From Candidatus Multivorans sp. (GTDB lineage Bacteria; Acidobacteriota; Thermoanaerobaculia; Multivoradales; Multivoraceae): DNA of 64,000 bases. Positions 28,193 to 37,749 of this stretch are shown here, piece by piece (the stretch's first letter is position 1; each line of letters starts with the position of its first letter). A program made the position numbers and the translations under genes. The DNA is taken from the NCBI GenBank assembly GCA_965224025.1, contig OZ245033.1, positions 4,096,001-4,160,000 on the forward strand, given 5' to 3'. The notes below the pieces were generated by a model. The model was given only the letters and a program-made list of their open reading frames with translations, had not been told where the DNA came from and made no database searches.

Positions 28193-29382
28193 GTACCGAG
28201 GCCATGCAGAACATCGCAGGCGCCGAGGATCGACGCCTCGGCACCTGGGCGCCGCGCAAGTCGACACAGTCGATCGTCCGCGGCGAGGGCTGCGAACTGA
28301 TCGCGGAGAACGGCCACCGCTACCTCGACCTGACCGCCGGCTACGGCGTCTGCTGCCTCGGCTACAACCATCCGGCGATGGTCCAGGCATTGACGGCGCA
28401 GGCGGAGCGGCTCACCTACTGTCCGATGAACATGCCCAGCCGGGACCGGGCCGGGTACGTCGAGGCGCTGGCGAACGTACTCCCCGATTCCCTGGACCGG
28501 GTCTTCCTGTGCAACAGCGGCACGGAGGCGGTCGAGGGCGCGCTCAAGTTCGCCGCCCTGGTCACCGGGCGCAGCCGCACCGTCGCGCTTCGGAACAGCT
28601 TCCACGGCCGCACCCTGGGTGCGCAGGCGACGATGTGGAACCCCACCGCCCGCAAGCCCTACACCGGTCTGCTCCACGACAACGTCTTCGTCCAGCCTGA
28701 AGTCGAGGCGATCTACGAGGCGGTCGACGGGGAAACCGCGGCGCTGATCCTCGAACCGGTCCAGGGCGAGGGCGGGGTCAACGTGTTGAGCGACGACGTG
28801 CTCCACGCGGCGCGTCATGCCTGCGACCGGCACGGGGCGCTCCTCATCCTCGACGAGGTGCAGACCGGCTTCGGGCGTTGCGGAAGCTGGTTCGCCCACC
28901 AACAGACGCCCGGACTGGAACCGGACCTGATGCCGCTCGCCAAGGGCATCGGCGGCGGCTTCCCGCTCGGGGCGATCGCCTACGGCGAGCGCGTCGCGGC
29001 CACGCTCCGACCCGGTTGCCACGGCTCGACGTACGGCGGCAATCCGCTCGCCTGCGCCGCCGGTCTGGCCGTGATCCAAACCATGAAGGCACTGGACCTG
29101 CCGGCGAGAGCGGCGACGGTCGGCGCCCGCTTCCTCGACTCGCTGCACGACCGGCTGGCTGCGAACCCGCGGGTGCGGGAGGTGCGCGGCCGCGGCCTGA
29201 TGCTGGGCGTCGTCCTGCGCCAGCGCGCCGGCCGCCACCTCGCCCGCCTGACGTCGGAACACCGGATCCTGGCCCTGCCCGCCGGACGTAACGTGATCCG
29301 GATGCTGCCGCCGCTGATCGTCCGCGACGACGAACTGGAGCGCGCCGCCGACGCCCTGGACGCCGTCCTGCGGGAAGAATGA
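28189..29382 (+). CDS. lysJ: [LysW]-aminoadipate semialdehyde aminotransferase (ArgD-like)
   Basis: NSGTEA, FHGRT, EPVQGEGG, DEVQTG, AKG and GSTYGGNP. Confidence 0.88.
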   Translation: MSTEAMQNIAGAEDRRLGTWAPRKSTQSIVRGEGCELIAENGHRYLDLTAGYGVCCLGYNHPAMVQALTAQAERLTYCPMNMPSRDRAGYVEALANVLPDSLDRVFLCNSGTEAVEGALKFAALVTGRSRTVALRNSFHGRTLGAQATMWNPTARKPYTGLLHDNVFVQPEVEAIYEAVDGETAALILEPVQGEGGVNVLSDDVLHAARHACDRHGALLILDEVQTGFGRCGSWFAHQQTPGLEPDLMPLAKGIGGGFPLGAIAYGERVAATLRPGCHGSTYGGNPLACAAGLAVIQTMKALDLPARAATVGARFLDSLHDRLAANPRVREVRGRGLMLGVVLRQRAGRHLARLTSEHRILALPAGRNVIRMLPPLIVRDDELERAADALDAVLREE

Positions 29383-30632
29383 CGATGGACACTGGCAGCA
29401 CCGGCCGGCGCAACGCCCCCCGCGACCGGGCCGAGATCGAACTCGTGCGCGGCCTCGTCGAGGTGCCGTCGCTCTCCCGCCATGAGGCAGCCGCCAGCGG
29501 CTGGCTGGCGTCCGAGATGGACGCTCGCGGCCTTGAGCGCTGTCAGGTCGACGGCGCGCTCAACGCGGTCGGCGAACTCGGCGAACCGGACGCCTCCCGC
29601 CTGGTCGTTCTGCTCGGACACATCGACACCGTACCGGGGAACATTCCGGTGCGGATCGAGGACGACGGATCGACCCACGGCATCCTTCACGGCCGTGGTT
29701 CGGTCGACGCCAAGGGACCGCTCGCGTCCTTCGTCGCGGCGGCCGCCCGACTCGGCAGCGACTGGGCGCGCGCGCACGACCTGCGGTTGATCGTCGCCGG
29801 GGCGACGGAGGAAGAGGCGGCCAGCTCCCGGGGTGCACACCATCTGCTCAAGAGGCTGAACGGCCGCGACGAACCGATGCCCGACTTCTGCATCATCGGC
29901 GAGCCCAGCCACTGGCACCGGGTCACGCTCGGCTACAAGGGGCGCCTCCTGATCGACCTGCTGGCCCGGCGGCCCAGCAGCCACACCGCCGGTCCGGAGG
30001 CCGGCGTCGCCATCACCGCCTTCGACCTCTGGCGGCGCATGGAAGCTGTGGCCGAACGAAGCGGCGGCAGAACCTCCTTCGAGCGCGTGCTGCCCAGCCT
30101 GCGCTCGATCAACACGACAAGCGACGGCCTCTACGACACGGTCCGCGCCGACTACGGCCTGCGGCTGCCGGTCGACTTCGATGTCGGCGCCCTCATAGGC
30201 GAGCTCGGGAACTGGTTCGGCGACGCCGCGGCGGACATCCACGGGCCGCTGTTCTCGGACCTGGACCCGGTCCGCGCCACCGGCACCATCCGCCGCGAGC
30301 AGGGAGACGCCAGCCTGGAGCTGAGCCTGCGCGGCTATGAAGTGGGCGTCCGCGCCGACCGTCACTCCGCCCTGGTGCGAGCCTTCCTGGGCGCCATCCG
30401 CACCGTCGGCGGTCCAGGGACCGCGCCCAAGTTCGTCGCCAAGACCGGGACCTGCGACATGAACATCGTCTGGCCGGTGTGGCGATGCCCCATCGTGGCC
30501 TACGGCCCGGGAGACAGTACACTCGACCACACTCCGAACGAGCACCTGGAACTGGACGAGTACCTGTTGGCCGTCGATACCGTGGAACTTGCGCTGAGGA
30601 ACCTGGCCGCCTCTCCGGCAGTCACGAGCTGA
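29379..30632 (+). CDS. lysK: [LysW]-lysine hydrolase (M20)
   Basis: GHIDTVPG, GRGSVDAKG, EEE, GEPS, KTGTCDMN and YGPGDSTLDHTPNEH. Confidence 0.9.
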   Translation: MTMDTGSTGRRNAPRDRAEIELVRGLVEVPSLSRHEAAASGWLASEMDARGLERCQVDGALNAVGELGEPDASRLVVLLGHIDTVPGNIPVRIEDDGSTHGILHGRGSVDAKGPLASFVAAAARLGSDWARAHDLRLIVAGATEEEAASSRGAHHLLKRLNGRDEPMPDFCIIGEPSHWHRVTLGYKGRLLIDLLARRPSSHTAGPEAGVAITAFDLWRRMEAVAERSGGRTSFERVLPSLRSINTTSDGLYDTVRADYGLRLPVDFDVGALIGELGNWFGDAAADIHGPLFSDLDPVRATGTIRREQGDASLELSLRGYEVGVRADRHSALVRAFLGAIRTVGGPGTAPKFVAKTGTCDMNIVWPVWRCPIVAYGPGDSTLDHTPNEHLELDEYLLAVDTVELALRNLAASPAVTS

Positions 30633-30636
30633 CTGC

Positions 30637-32196
30637 GTGGTTCCCCGTGCACCACGCGTCGATCTGATCGCTTTCGGCGTCAGCGCCGGGCTGATCGCCC
30701 TCGTCTGCATTCCGCTCGCGCTGTCGCCCCAGACGGGCGGCGCCCTGGTCGTCCGCGCCTACGAGGCGCTGACGGAGCGCTTCGGACTGCTCTACCAGTG
30801 GGCGACGCTTCTGGTCACGGTGTTCCTGCTCTGGCTGGCCTTCAGCCGTCACGGAGCGAGACGGCTCGGGGACGAGGACAGCCGGCCGGACTTCAACATC
30901 TTCAGTTGGATGGCCATGCTGTTCTGCGCCGGCATCGGCGCCGGGCTGCTCTACTGGTCGACCATCGAGTGGGTCACCTACCTCGATGCGCCACCCTTCG
31001 GCCTGGCGCCCAACTCCACTGAGGCCATCGAGTGGGCGGCGACCTACGGCATCTTCCACTGGGGCATCTCGGCCTGGGCGCTGTACTGCTTCCCGGCAGT
31101 GGCGATCGCCATCCCCTACTACCGCCAGCACGCCCCGGCCCTGCGCCTGAGCACCGGCCTGCACGCCCTGATCGGCCGCGAGGGGTACGACCGCGCCCCC
31201 GCCCGCGTCGTCGACGTCCTGTTCATCCTCGCGCTCGTCGGCGGCACGGGGACGTCGCTCGGGCTCGGCACCCCGATGGTCGCCGCCTGCGTGAGCGAGG
31301 TCTTCGGCATCGAACAGAGCTTCGGACTCCAGGTCGGGATCCTCGTCGTCTGCGTCACTCTGTTCGCGGTCAGCGTCTACCTGGGACTCGAACGCGGCAT
31401 CAAACCCCTCTCCGACGGCTCCGTCATCGCGGCGATCGTCCTGCTGGCCTTCGTGCTGATGGTCGGCCCGACCAACTTCCTGCTGCGCACGGGCACGAAC
31501 TCGATCGGCCTGATGATCGAGAACTTCATCCGGCTCAACACATGGACCGACCCGGTGGCCAGGACGGGGTTCATCGAGGACATGACCGTCTTCTACTGGG
31601 CGTGGTGGATCGCCTACGGACCCTTCATGGGCCTCTTCGTGACCCGCATCTCGCGCGGCCGGACGGTGCGGCAGTTGATCTTCGGGATGCTGATCCTGGG
31701 TACCCTGGGCTGCGCCGTCTTCTACGGCGTCCTTGGCAACTACAGCCTGCACCTGGACCTGTCGGGGGCTCTACCGGTGCGCGAGATCGCCCAGGCTGCA
31801 GGAAACGAGAACGCGATCGCACAGACGATCGGCTTCCTGCCGCTCGGTACCGCGGCGCTCGCGATCTTCGCGCTCGTGGCCATCGTCTTCATCGCCACGA
31901 CCTACGACTCCGCTTCCTACTGCTTGGCCGCGTCGGCGACCCGCAACCTGACGGAAGGCACCCATCCCGCCCGCTGGCACCGCCTGTTCTGGGCCGTTGC
32001 CGTCGGCGTACTGCCGATCACGCTGATGTTCATCGGCCAGGAGGGCGGCAACGATCAACTGCGCGTGATCCAGTCCGCCACCCTGGTCGTCTCCCTGCCG
32101 CTGCTGATCGTGGGAGTGCTGATGGCGATCTCCCTGCTGCGGTCGCTCAGATCGGAAGAGGAACCCGTGGACGACGAGCCGGAAGACGGCGCCTGA
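30637..32196 (+). CDS. BCCT family (betaine/carnitine/choline) transporter
   Basis: WMAMLFCAGIG, FHWGISAW, FYWAWW and RISRGRT; about 12 TMs. Confidence 0.9.
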   Translation: MVPRAPRVDLIAFGVSAGLIALVCIPLALSPQTGGALVVRAYEALTERFGLLYQWATLLVTVFLLWLAFSRHGARRLGDEDSRPDFNIFSWMAMLFCAGIGAGLLYWSTIEWVTYLDAPPFGLAPNSTEAIEWAATYGIFHWGISAWALYCFPAVAIAIPYYRQHAPALRLSTGLHALIGREGYDRAPARVVDVLFILALVGGTGTSLGLGTPMVAACVSEVFGIEQSFGLQVGILVVCVTLFAVSVYLGLERGIKPLSDGSVIAAIVLLAFVLMVGPTNFLLRTGTNSIGLMIENFIRLNTWTDPVARTGFIEDMTVFYWAWWIAYGPFMGLFVTRISRGRTVRQLIFGMLILGTLGCAVFYGVLGNYSLHLDLSGALPVREIAQAAGNENAIAQTIGFLPLGTAALAIFALVAIVFIATTYDSASYCLAASATRNLTEGTHPARWHRLFWAVAVGVLPITLMFIGQEGGNDQLRVIQSATLVVSLPLLIVGVLMAISLLRSLRSEEEPVDDEPEDGA

Positions 32197-32218
32197 GCGC
32201 GGCGCCGCGCAGACCGGG

Positions 32219-32986
32219 TCAGCGGCCGTCGCCCGTGGCGAGGGCCCCTTCGAGTTCTCCGAGCAGCCCCTCCAGCTCGCCCAGCGCAGCCTCCCAGTCG
32301 CTCCAGTGGAAGGCGTGACCGGACTCGATCGCCTCCTCCCAGACCCGGTTCGCCTCGAACAAGGCATCGGCGGCCTCATGCTGATCCGACGGATCCTGTA
32401 CTCGCGGAATGTCTCGCGACACCCTGGCGCGGGCGCTCCGCAGAGCCCGCATCCGCGCCAGCAGTTGGCCGCCCTTCAAGAGCGCCTCCTGGCCTGACGT
32501 TCCGGCCTCCCGGTGGTCGGCTTCGGGACCGTGGCAGCGGTTGCAGCGCGCCTGCAACCCGCCCTCGCCGAGCGACTGCCCGGCCACGCTGCCATGGCAG
32601 GTCCGGCAGGTGGGAGCAGCGCGGACCTTTCGTTCGAAGAGCGCGAAGTGCGTACTCTGCCGCAGGGCCAGGTACTGGGCGTCGTGGCAGCGGCCGCAGG
32701 TCCGGGGCAGGTTCCACTGGTGGGTCGGACTCTTCGGGTGGCCGCTGTTCAGCACCCCCTTGTGCGCGCGGAGCTGAACGAAGGTCGTGCTGTTGCCGCC
32801 GTGACAGTCCGCACAGGAGACCCCGGCCCCAGCGTGCGCCGAGTTCCGCCATTGGCGCAGATGGAACTCCTCCGTCTCCTCGAGTTCCTGCGCCGCATGG
32901 CAGTCGGCGCACGGATCCTGCGCCCAGGCGCCGGCCGCGAACGCGGTCATCGCCAGCAGGAGAAGCGTGGAGCGAGCCGGACCCAT
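32219..32986 (-). CDS. Periplasmic multiheme c-type cytochrome (5 CxxCH)
   Basis: Signal peptide; CADCH, CADCH, CGRCH, CRTCH and CNRCH. Confidence 0.82.
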   Translation of the reverse strand: MGPARSTLLLLAMTAFAAGAWAQDPCADCHAAQELEETEEFHLRQWRNSAHAGAGVSCADCHGGNSTTFVQLRAHKGVLNSGHPKSPTHQWNLPRTCGRCHDAQYLALRQSTHFALFERKVRAAPTCRTCHGSVAGQSLGEGGLQARCNRCHGPEADHREAGTSGQEALLKGGQLLARMRALRSARARVSRDIPRVQDPSDQHEAADALFEANRVWEEAIESGHAFHWSDWEAALGELEGLLGELEGALATGDGR

Positions 32987-33028
32987 GCCCGTCAGACTAC
33001 CAATGCCGGGCCCGGTGCGGCACCGGGT

Positions 33029-34723
33029 TCATCTCCACCGGAACTCGGGTTCGAGGAACACGTCGCGGTCACCGCCCTCCGGGATCTCGGGCAACTCCAG
33101 CCGGTAGTAGTTCAGCGGAATCGCGCCGTACCAGTACCGGTGGAGGGCGACCCTGCGCGGCCGCTCCACGACGAAGCTCACCGCCTCGCCGACGCCCATC
33201 GCGACCGGCACGAGTTCCACCGTCAGGCCGGCCAGGGGCACCGGCGACCCGATCAGCAGCTCGCCGTCCGCCCCCGGCCGGTAGCGGATGCCGTCGTCTC
33301 CGTGAGGCCGGACGCCGCTGCCGATCAGCCGTACGCGGAGGTCGCCGTGCTGGACATCCCGCGGCGCCGAAGTCAGGTGGATCTGCGACGTTTCCAGCGG
33401 CAGGAGCCGCTTCGCTGCCGGCGAGACGTAGCGCAAACGGCGGGCGCCGGTATCCGCGTCGATCTCCACCGGAAAGGAGGCCGCCGACCACCACAGTGGC
33501 GCCACGAAGAGAGCGGCCATCACGGACGAGGCAACGAGCCAGCGTCGGGGCGGCGGCCGCTCGACGAGGAACCAGCACACGGGATAGAAGGGCAGGAACC
33601 AGCGGTTCGCGATCGCCCCCGCGCCGCCGTAGAAGTTGTACGGACTCTTGATCAGAAAGGCGAGGAGTCCCAGGGCAACGCCTGCGAGCAGCCACCGGCG
33701 CCGCGAACCGGGTCGGAGACAGGCGCAGGCGAGTACCAGGGGCAGGAAGTAGGGCACGATGCCGATGCTCCTCCCGAGCAAGGCATAGACGACGTTGTGT
33801 CCGAGCAGCGCGGCGTCGAAAGAGGGCAGCAAGAAGCCCTCCCGGACCCAGGAGGCGTCGCCTCGCACGGCCAGCAACTCCTGCCACTCTTCCCGCTCGA
33901 AGTCGATGTCGGGATAGCCGGTCGCGCTGCTGAATCCCTGCCGTGCGCCGACGTACGGGCTCCACGCGCCACCGCTCGCGGCGTGAAACCACGCCGAGCC
34001 GGCCAGAAGCACCAGGGCGCCGCCGAGGACGATCGCCGAGGCCCTTCGCCCCCACGCCTGCCGCAGGCTCGGAGCCGCCGCCAGCAGCACCGCGGCCAAG
34101 ACGGCCAGGTAGAACGGTCGTCCGGCGCCGGCCGTTGCCAGCAGAGCACCGCCCGCCACCAGGCGTCCGGGCGGCGGCCGCCTGCCCTCGAACCAGGGGT
34201 CGAGGCAGCAGAGCCCGAGCGCCGTCGCGACCAGATAGAACAGGTCGGCATGAACCCAGAACACGTGACCGAAAGTGACCGAGAAGAAGAGCAGAAACGC
34301 GGCCACCAGCGGTCCATCGGCGCCCACGCGCTGCAGCAGAAGGCACTCGAGCAGGAGGGCGGCCAGGATAAGCAGAAAGAGGTTCGCGACGATCGGCCCC
34401 CGCTCCGGCGCGAGGCGTACGAAGGGCGAAAGAAAGAGCGAGTAGAAGACCGGTTTGGCGTACACCAGCGTGCCGCCGCCGTCCGTGCTCTGCAGGATCA
34501 GCGGATCCGGGACCTTGCCGGTGGTCTCCAGATAGCGCCGGTAGTCCGACGCCTCGTACCGGCGATCGAAGTCGAAGGCAAGGCTCTGGGCCTGCATCGA
34601 GTACACGCCTTCGTCGCCCACGGTGTAGGGCCAGTCCCCCGGGTCGAATACCGCGGCCGCCAGCACGAGGGCGAGAACCAGGGTCCACAGCAGCGCTCTT
34701 TGCCAAGTCAGCCGGATGGGCAC
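33029..34723 (-). CDS. Polytopic membrane protein, GT-C/ArnT-like (start uncertain)
   Basis: N-terminal TM followed by GDEGVY (DE motif), about 10 TMs and a soluble C-terminal domain. Confidence 0.6.
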   Translation of the reverse strand: MPIRLTWQRALLWTLVLALVLAAAVFDPGDWPYTVGDEGVYSMQAQSLAFDFDRRYEASDYRRYLETTGKVPDPLILQSTDGGGTLVYAKPVFYSLFLSPFVRLAPERGPIVANLFLLILAALLLECLLLQRVGADGPLVAAFLLFFSVTFGHVFWVHADLFYLVATALGLCCLDPWFEGRRPPPGRLVAGGALLATAGAGRPFYLAVLAAVLLAAAPSLRQAWGRRASAIVLGGALVLLAGSAWFHAASGGAWSPYVGARQGFSSATGYPDIDFEREEWQELLAVRGDASWVREGFLLPSFDAALLGHNVVYALLGRSIGIVPYFLPLVLACACLRPGSRRRWLLAGVALGLLAFLIKSPYNFYGGAGAIANRWFLPFYPVCWFLVERPPPRRWLVASSVMAALFVAPLWWSAASFPVEIDADTGARRLRYVSPAAKRLLPLETSQIHLTSAPRDVQHGDLRVRLIGSGVRPHGDDGIRYRPGADGELLIGSPVPLAGLTVELVPVAMGVGEAVSFVVERPRRVALHRYWYGAIPLNYYRLELPEIPEGGDRDVFLEPEFRWR

Positions 34724-34776
34724 CGGCCATCGTCGTCCTCCCCGGCTTGCGGCACTGCCCATCCCGTCCTCGGACG

Positions 34777-34855
34777 GTAGCAGCCGGACCGCGACTCAGG
34801 ACGCCGACGCCCCCGCGCAAGGGGCAGGACGGCGTCCTCGCCGCGTCCGGCGCTA
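34777..34855. repeat. Long imperfect hairpin bounded by GTAG...CTAC (REP-like or terminator)
   Basis: GTAGCAGCCGGACCGCG..AGGACGCCG..GCCCC pairs with GGGGC..CGGCGTCCT..CGCGTCCGGCGCTAC. Confidence 0.45.
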
Positions 34856-34869
34856 CGGCACGGCTCTTC

Positions 34870-37434
34870 CTAGAAGGAACCTCCGAAGCCGTAGGTCAGC
34901 CGCGAGTACCAGAACGCGCCGTTGAAGCCCCACGGCGTCCGTTCGCTGTACAGTTCGCCGACGCTCAACGCGAACGAGTTCTCCTCGGGGTACGCGTCGA
35001 GCACGTTCGTGCCGCCGAACACCCAACGCAGACCGTCGCGCAGCCTGAAGCCAATCTCCAGGTCGAGCGTGTTCTCGCCGGGGTAGCTCTCGTTGTTGTC
35101 CCGGTCGAACCAGCGATCGAAGTAGTTCAGGCGAGCCAGATAACGCACCCGGTCGCTGGCCGAGCGGTGCTTCGCGGTGACGCTGTACCGGCTCTCCGGC
35201 AGCGCCTGCTCGAGATCCCGGATCCGGCGCGGGCCGAACGTGACCGCGTTGGAGCGGACGACCTCCGTTTGGGTCAGATTGGCCAGCGCCGCGAAGCTGG
35301 TGCGGCCGCCCATCGACTCCGGCGTCACCGTGAGCACCAGGTCGGCGCCCACCGACTCCGTGTCGAAGTCGTTGGCGAAGAACCGGAAGTTCCTCAGGTT
35401 CGCGGCGCTTGTCACCCCCTCGGCGACCAGGGTGGCCGCCTCGTCCGGCGTCAACTGGAAGTTCTGAGTAACGGCGATCCGATCCTCCACGTCGATGCGG
35501 AAGACATCGAAGGTCATTGCGAACGGTCCGTTCTCGACCACCGCGCCGACCGCGAAGTTGAGCGAGGTCTCCGGTTCCAGAGGCTCGCCGCCCCTCAGCC
35601 TGGCCACCGCGGAAGTGGACGGAATGGTGCCGTTGTTGACCAGGTCCTGAACGCTCGTGTCGAACTGCGTCTGGACGTTGAACGCGTTCTGCTGCCCCGG
35701 CGTCGGCGCCCGAAAGCCACTGCTCAGACTGCTGCGCAACGCCATCCGCTCCGTCACCTGATAGCGGCCCGCGATCTTGCTGTTCATCGTGGTGCCGAAG
35801 TCGTCGAAGTTCTCGAACCGGACCGCGGCGCCCATCGCCCAGCGGCCGTCCGGGCCGTTGATCTCCACGTCGCCGTAGGCCGCGTAGTTCGAGCGGCCCC
35901 ACTTGCCGGCCGCGATATTGCTGAAGCCGGGAAAGCCGTTCGACCCGGAGCTGAAACCCTGGCTGGCCAGCGGACCGATCCGGTACGACTCGGGCTGGCC
36001 CGTGCCGATCTCGAACTCCTCATCCCTCCACTCCAACCCGCCGGCCACGTCGACGCGCTCCGACACCGAGTAGGTCAGGTCGTAGTTGAGGTTCGTCTCC
36101 CTCTGGGTGTAGGTCCCGAGCGCGAAACTGGTCGGCGTGTCCGGACCGAGCGACGCGTTCACCGTGTTGCTGATAAAGTGGTCGACGGAGTTCTCTCCCG
36201 TGCTGACGCTCAGATCCCAACCGATGCCGCCGGATGTGGCCCCGCGGAGACCGGCCACGATGCCCATGTCCTCGTTGTCGCCGCCGAAGTTCGGCGTGAA
36301 GCCGCCGGGGAAGAGCTCCTGGTAGGAGAAGCAGTTCGGATCGTCGATCACGCGGCGAAGCCCGATCGGATCCGGCACATGGTTGGTCACGGCGACGGTC
36401 GGGCAGCCGGCGGAGCCGTCGAGCACGCCGTCCCGGGCGTCGAGCAGATCGCCGACCAGCAGCGTGCTGCCGCCGTCGTTGCTGAACACGCCGCCGCGGG
36501 TGTTCGGATTGCGGAAGAAGAAGCCGCCGTTCACCGTCTTGCTGGCGTAGTTCGCGTGGCCGTAGAACTGGCGACCGCTGGTCTCGAACAGGTGACCGAA
36601 GTTCAGGAACAGCTTCATGTCGTCCGAGACCTCCGGCGAACCCCAGATCTGCGCCTTCGGCTGACGGACGTGCGTGTTGCCGGCGGCGATCAGGTTCGCC
36701 GCGTCCCGGCGCTGGATCGACCGGTCCGTCGGATCCGTGCTTCCATACTCCACGCTGAGGTTGAAGAAGCCGTTCCCGCCCAGCGGCAGACCGAGGTTCG
36801 CGGCGGCCGTGAACAGGTCGCCGTCGCCCTCGCCGTACGAACCGCTGCGAATCTCGACGGAACCGCCCGAACTCGCGTCCTTGAGCAGGAAGTTCATCAC
36901 GCCGGCGATCGCGTCGGATCCGTACTGCGCCGATGCGCCGTCGCGGAGCACCTCGACCTGGCGCAGCGCGATGGCCGGGATGACAGCCAGGTCCGGTCCC
37001 TGGGCGCCGATCGAAACCGCGTCTCCGTGCCAGTGAATCACCGCGGCGCGGTGCCTGCGCTTGCCGTTGACCAGCACCAGGGTGTGGTCGGGCGCCAGGT
37101 TGCGGAGGTAGGCCGGCCGCACGATCGACGACGCGTCGCTTATCGGCTGCATGCTCACGTTGAAGGAGGGCGCGAGGTTCCGCACCAGATTCGCCACGTC
37201 CGTGTCGCCCTGGGTCAGGAATTCCTCACCGCTAAGCACGTCCACGGGCACCATGGACTCGGCGACCGAACGGCCCTCGGTCCGGCTACCGACGACGACA
37301 ATTTCCTCGCCGAAGGAAGCCCCAGCCACGGTCTGATCCTCTTCGGACGCCGAATCCTCTTGGGCCGCGCCTGGGGCGACCGCAAAGAGCAGGACCAATA
37401 CGTAGATCGAGCGCACGAACTTGTCCCATTGCAT
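34870..37434 (-). CDS. TonB-dependent receptor (paralog 1)
   Basis: Signal peptide, EEIVVVGSR TonB box, LVNGKRRH, VEVLRDGASAQYGSDAIAGV and C-terminal F. Confidence 0.92.
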   Translation of the reverse strand: MQWDKFVRSIYVLVLLFAVAPGAAQEDSASEEDQTVAGASFGEEIVVVGSRTEGRSVAESMVPVDVLSGEEFLTQGDTDVANLVRNLAPSFNVSMQPISDASSIVRPAYLRNLAPDHTLVLVNGKRRHRAAVIHWHGDAVSIGAQGPDLAVIPAIALRQVEVLRDGASAQYGSDAIAGVMNFLLKDASSGGSVEIRSGSYGEGDGDLFTAAANLGLPLGGNGFFNLSVEYGSTDPTDRSIQRRDAANLIAAGNTHVRQPKAQIWGSPEVSDDMKLFLNFGHLFETSGRQFYGHANYASKTVNGGFFFRNPNTRGGVFSNDGGSTLLVGDLLDARDGVLDGSAGCPTVAVTNHVPDPIGLRRVIDDPNCFSYQELFPGGFTPNFGGDNEDMGIVAGLRGATSGGIGWDLSVSTGENSVDHFISNTVNASLGPDTPTSFALGTYTQRETNLNYDLTYSVSERVDVAGGLEWRDEEFEIGTGQPESYRIGPLASQGFSSGSNGFPGFSNIAAGKWGRSNYAAYGDVEINGPDGRWAMGAAVRFENFDDFGTTMNSKIAGRYQVTERMALRSSLSSGFRAPTPGQQNAFNVQTQFDTSVQDLVNNGTIPSTSAVARLRGGEPLEPETSLNFAVGAVVENGPFAMTFDVFRIDVEDRIAVTQNFQLTPDEAATLVAEGVTSAANLRNFRFFANDFDTESVGADLVLTVTPESMGGRTSFAALANLTQTEVVRSNAVTFGPRRIRDLEQALPESRYSVTAKHRSASDRVRYLARLNYFDRWFDRDNNESYPGENTLDLEIGFRLRDGLRWVFGGTNVLDAYPEENSFALSVGELYSERTPWGFNGAFWYSRLTYGFGGSF

Positions 37435-37553
37435 CAGGCAGTTTCCTCGTATCTGTTGACGGTGATGATCAGGGGCCTGCGATCCTCCTGTCTGTTGCCG
37501 GCCAGACGGCAGCAGCAGGAGGGCGCGCATCTCGCCACCCGTAGAGTCCGCGT

Positions 37554-37582
37554 AGCCTACACGAGCCGGATACACTCGGCAA
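37554..37582 (-). promoter_or_regulatory. Putative sigma70 promoter of TonB receptor 1
   Basis: Minus strand TTGCCG, 17-nt spacer, TAGGCT; followed by a ~110-nt UTR containing a CCTCCTG/CAGGAGG stem. Confidence 0.45.
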
Positions 37583-37600
37583 CAACTTTAGCGGTCAAGC

Positions 37601-37749
37601 CAGAACCATTCCAAAGTCCGGCGCTTCGCGCCGGATGCGGGCGAGACGCCCGCGTTCCCAGACTCGGAGCTATCGCGGCTCCGGTCCAACGATCCGGGAG
37701 TCGTTTCCGCACCTCCGGCCTCGGAACGGCGGACTTTGGAATGGTCCTG
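37601..37749. mobile_element. 149-bp non-autonomous MITE
   Basis: 20-bp TIRs CAGAACCATTCCAAAGTCCG (37601-37620) and CGGACTTTGGAATGGTCCTG (37730-37749), one mismatch. Flanking direct repeat AGCGGTCAAG at 37590-37599 and 37750-37759. Confidence 0.78.

Noticed and set aside
26173-30632. Classical acetylated arginine operon argC-argB-argD-argE
   Set aside because: Adjacent lysW (EDWGE) and lysX, plus LysZ/LysK-type motifs, indicate the carrier-protein pathway.
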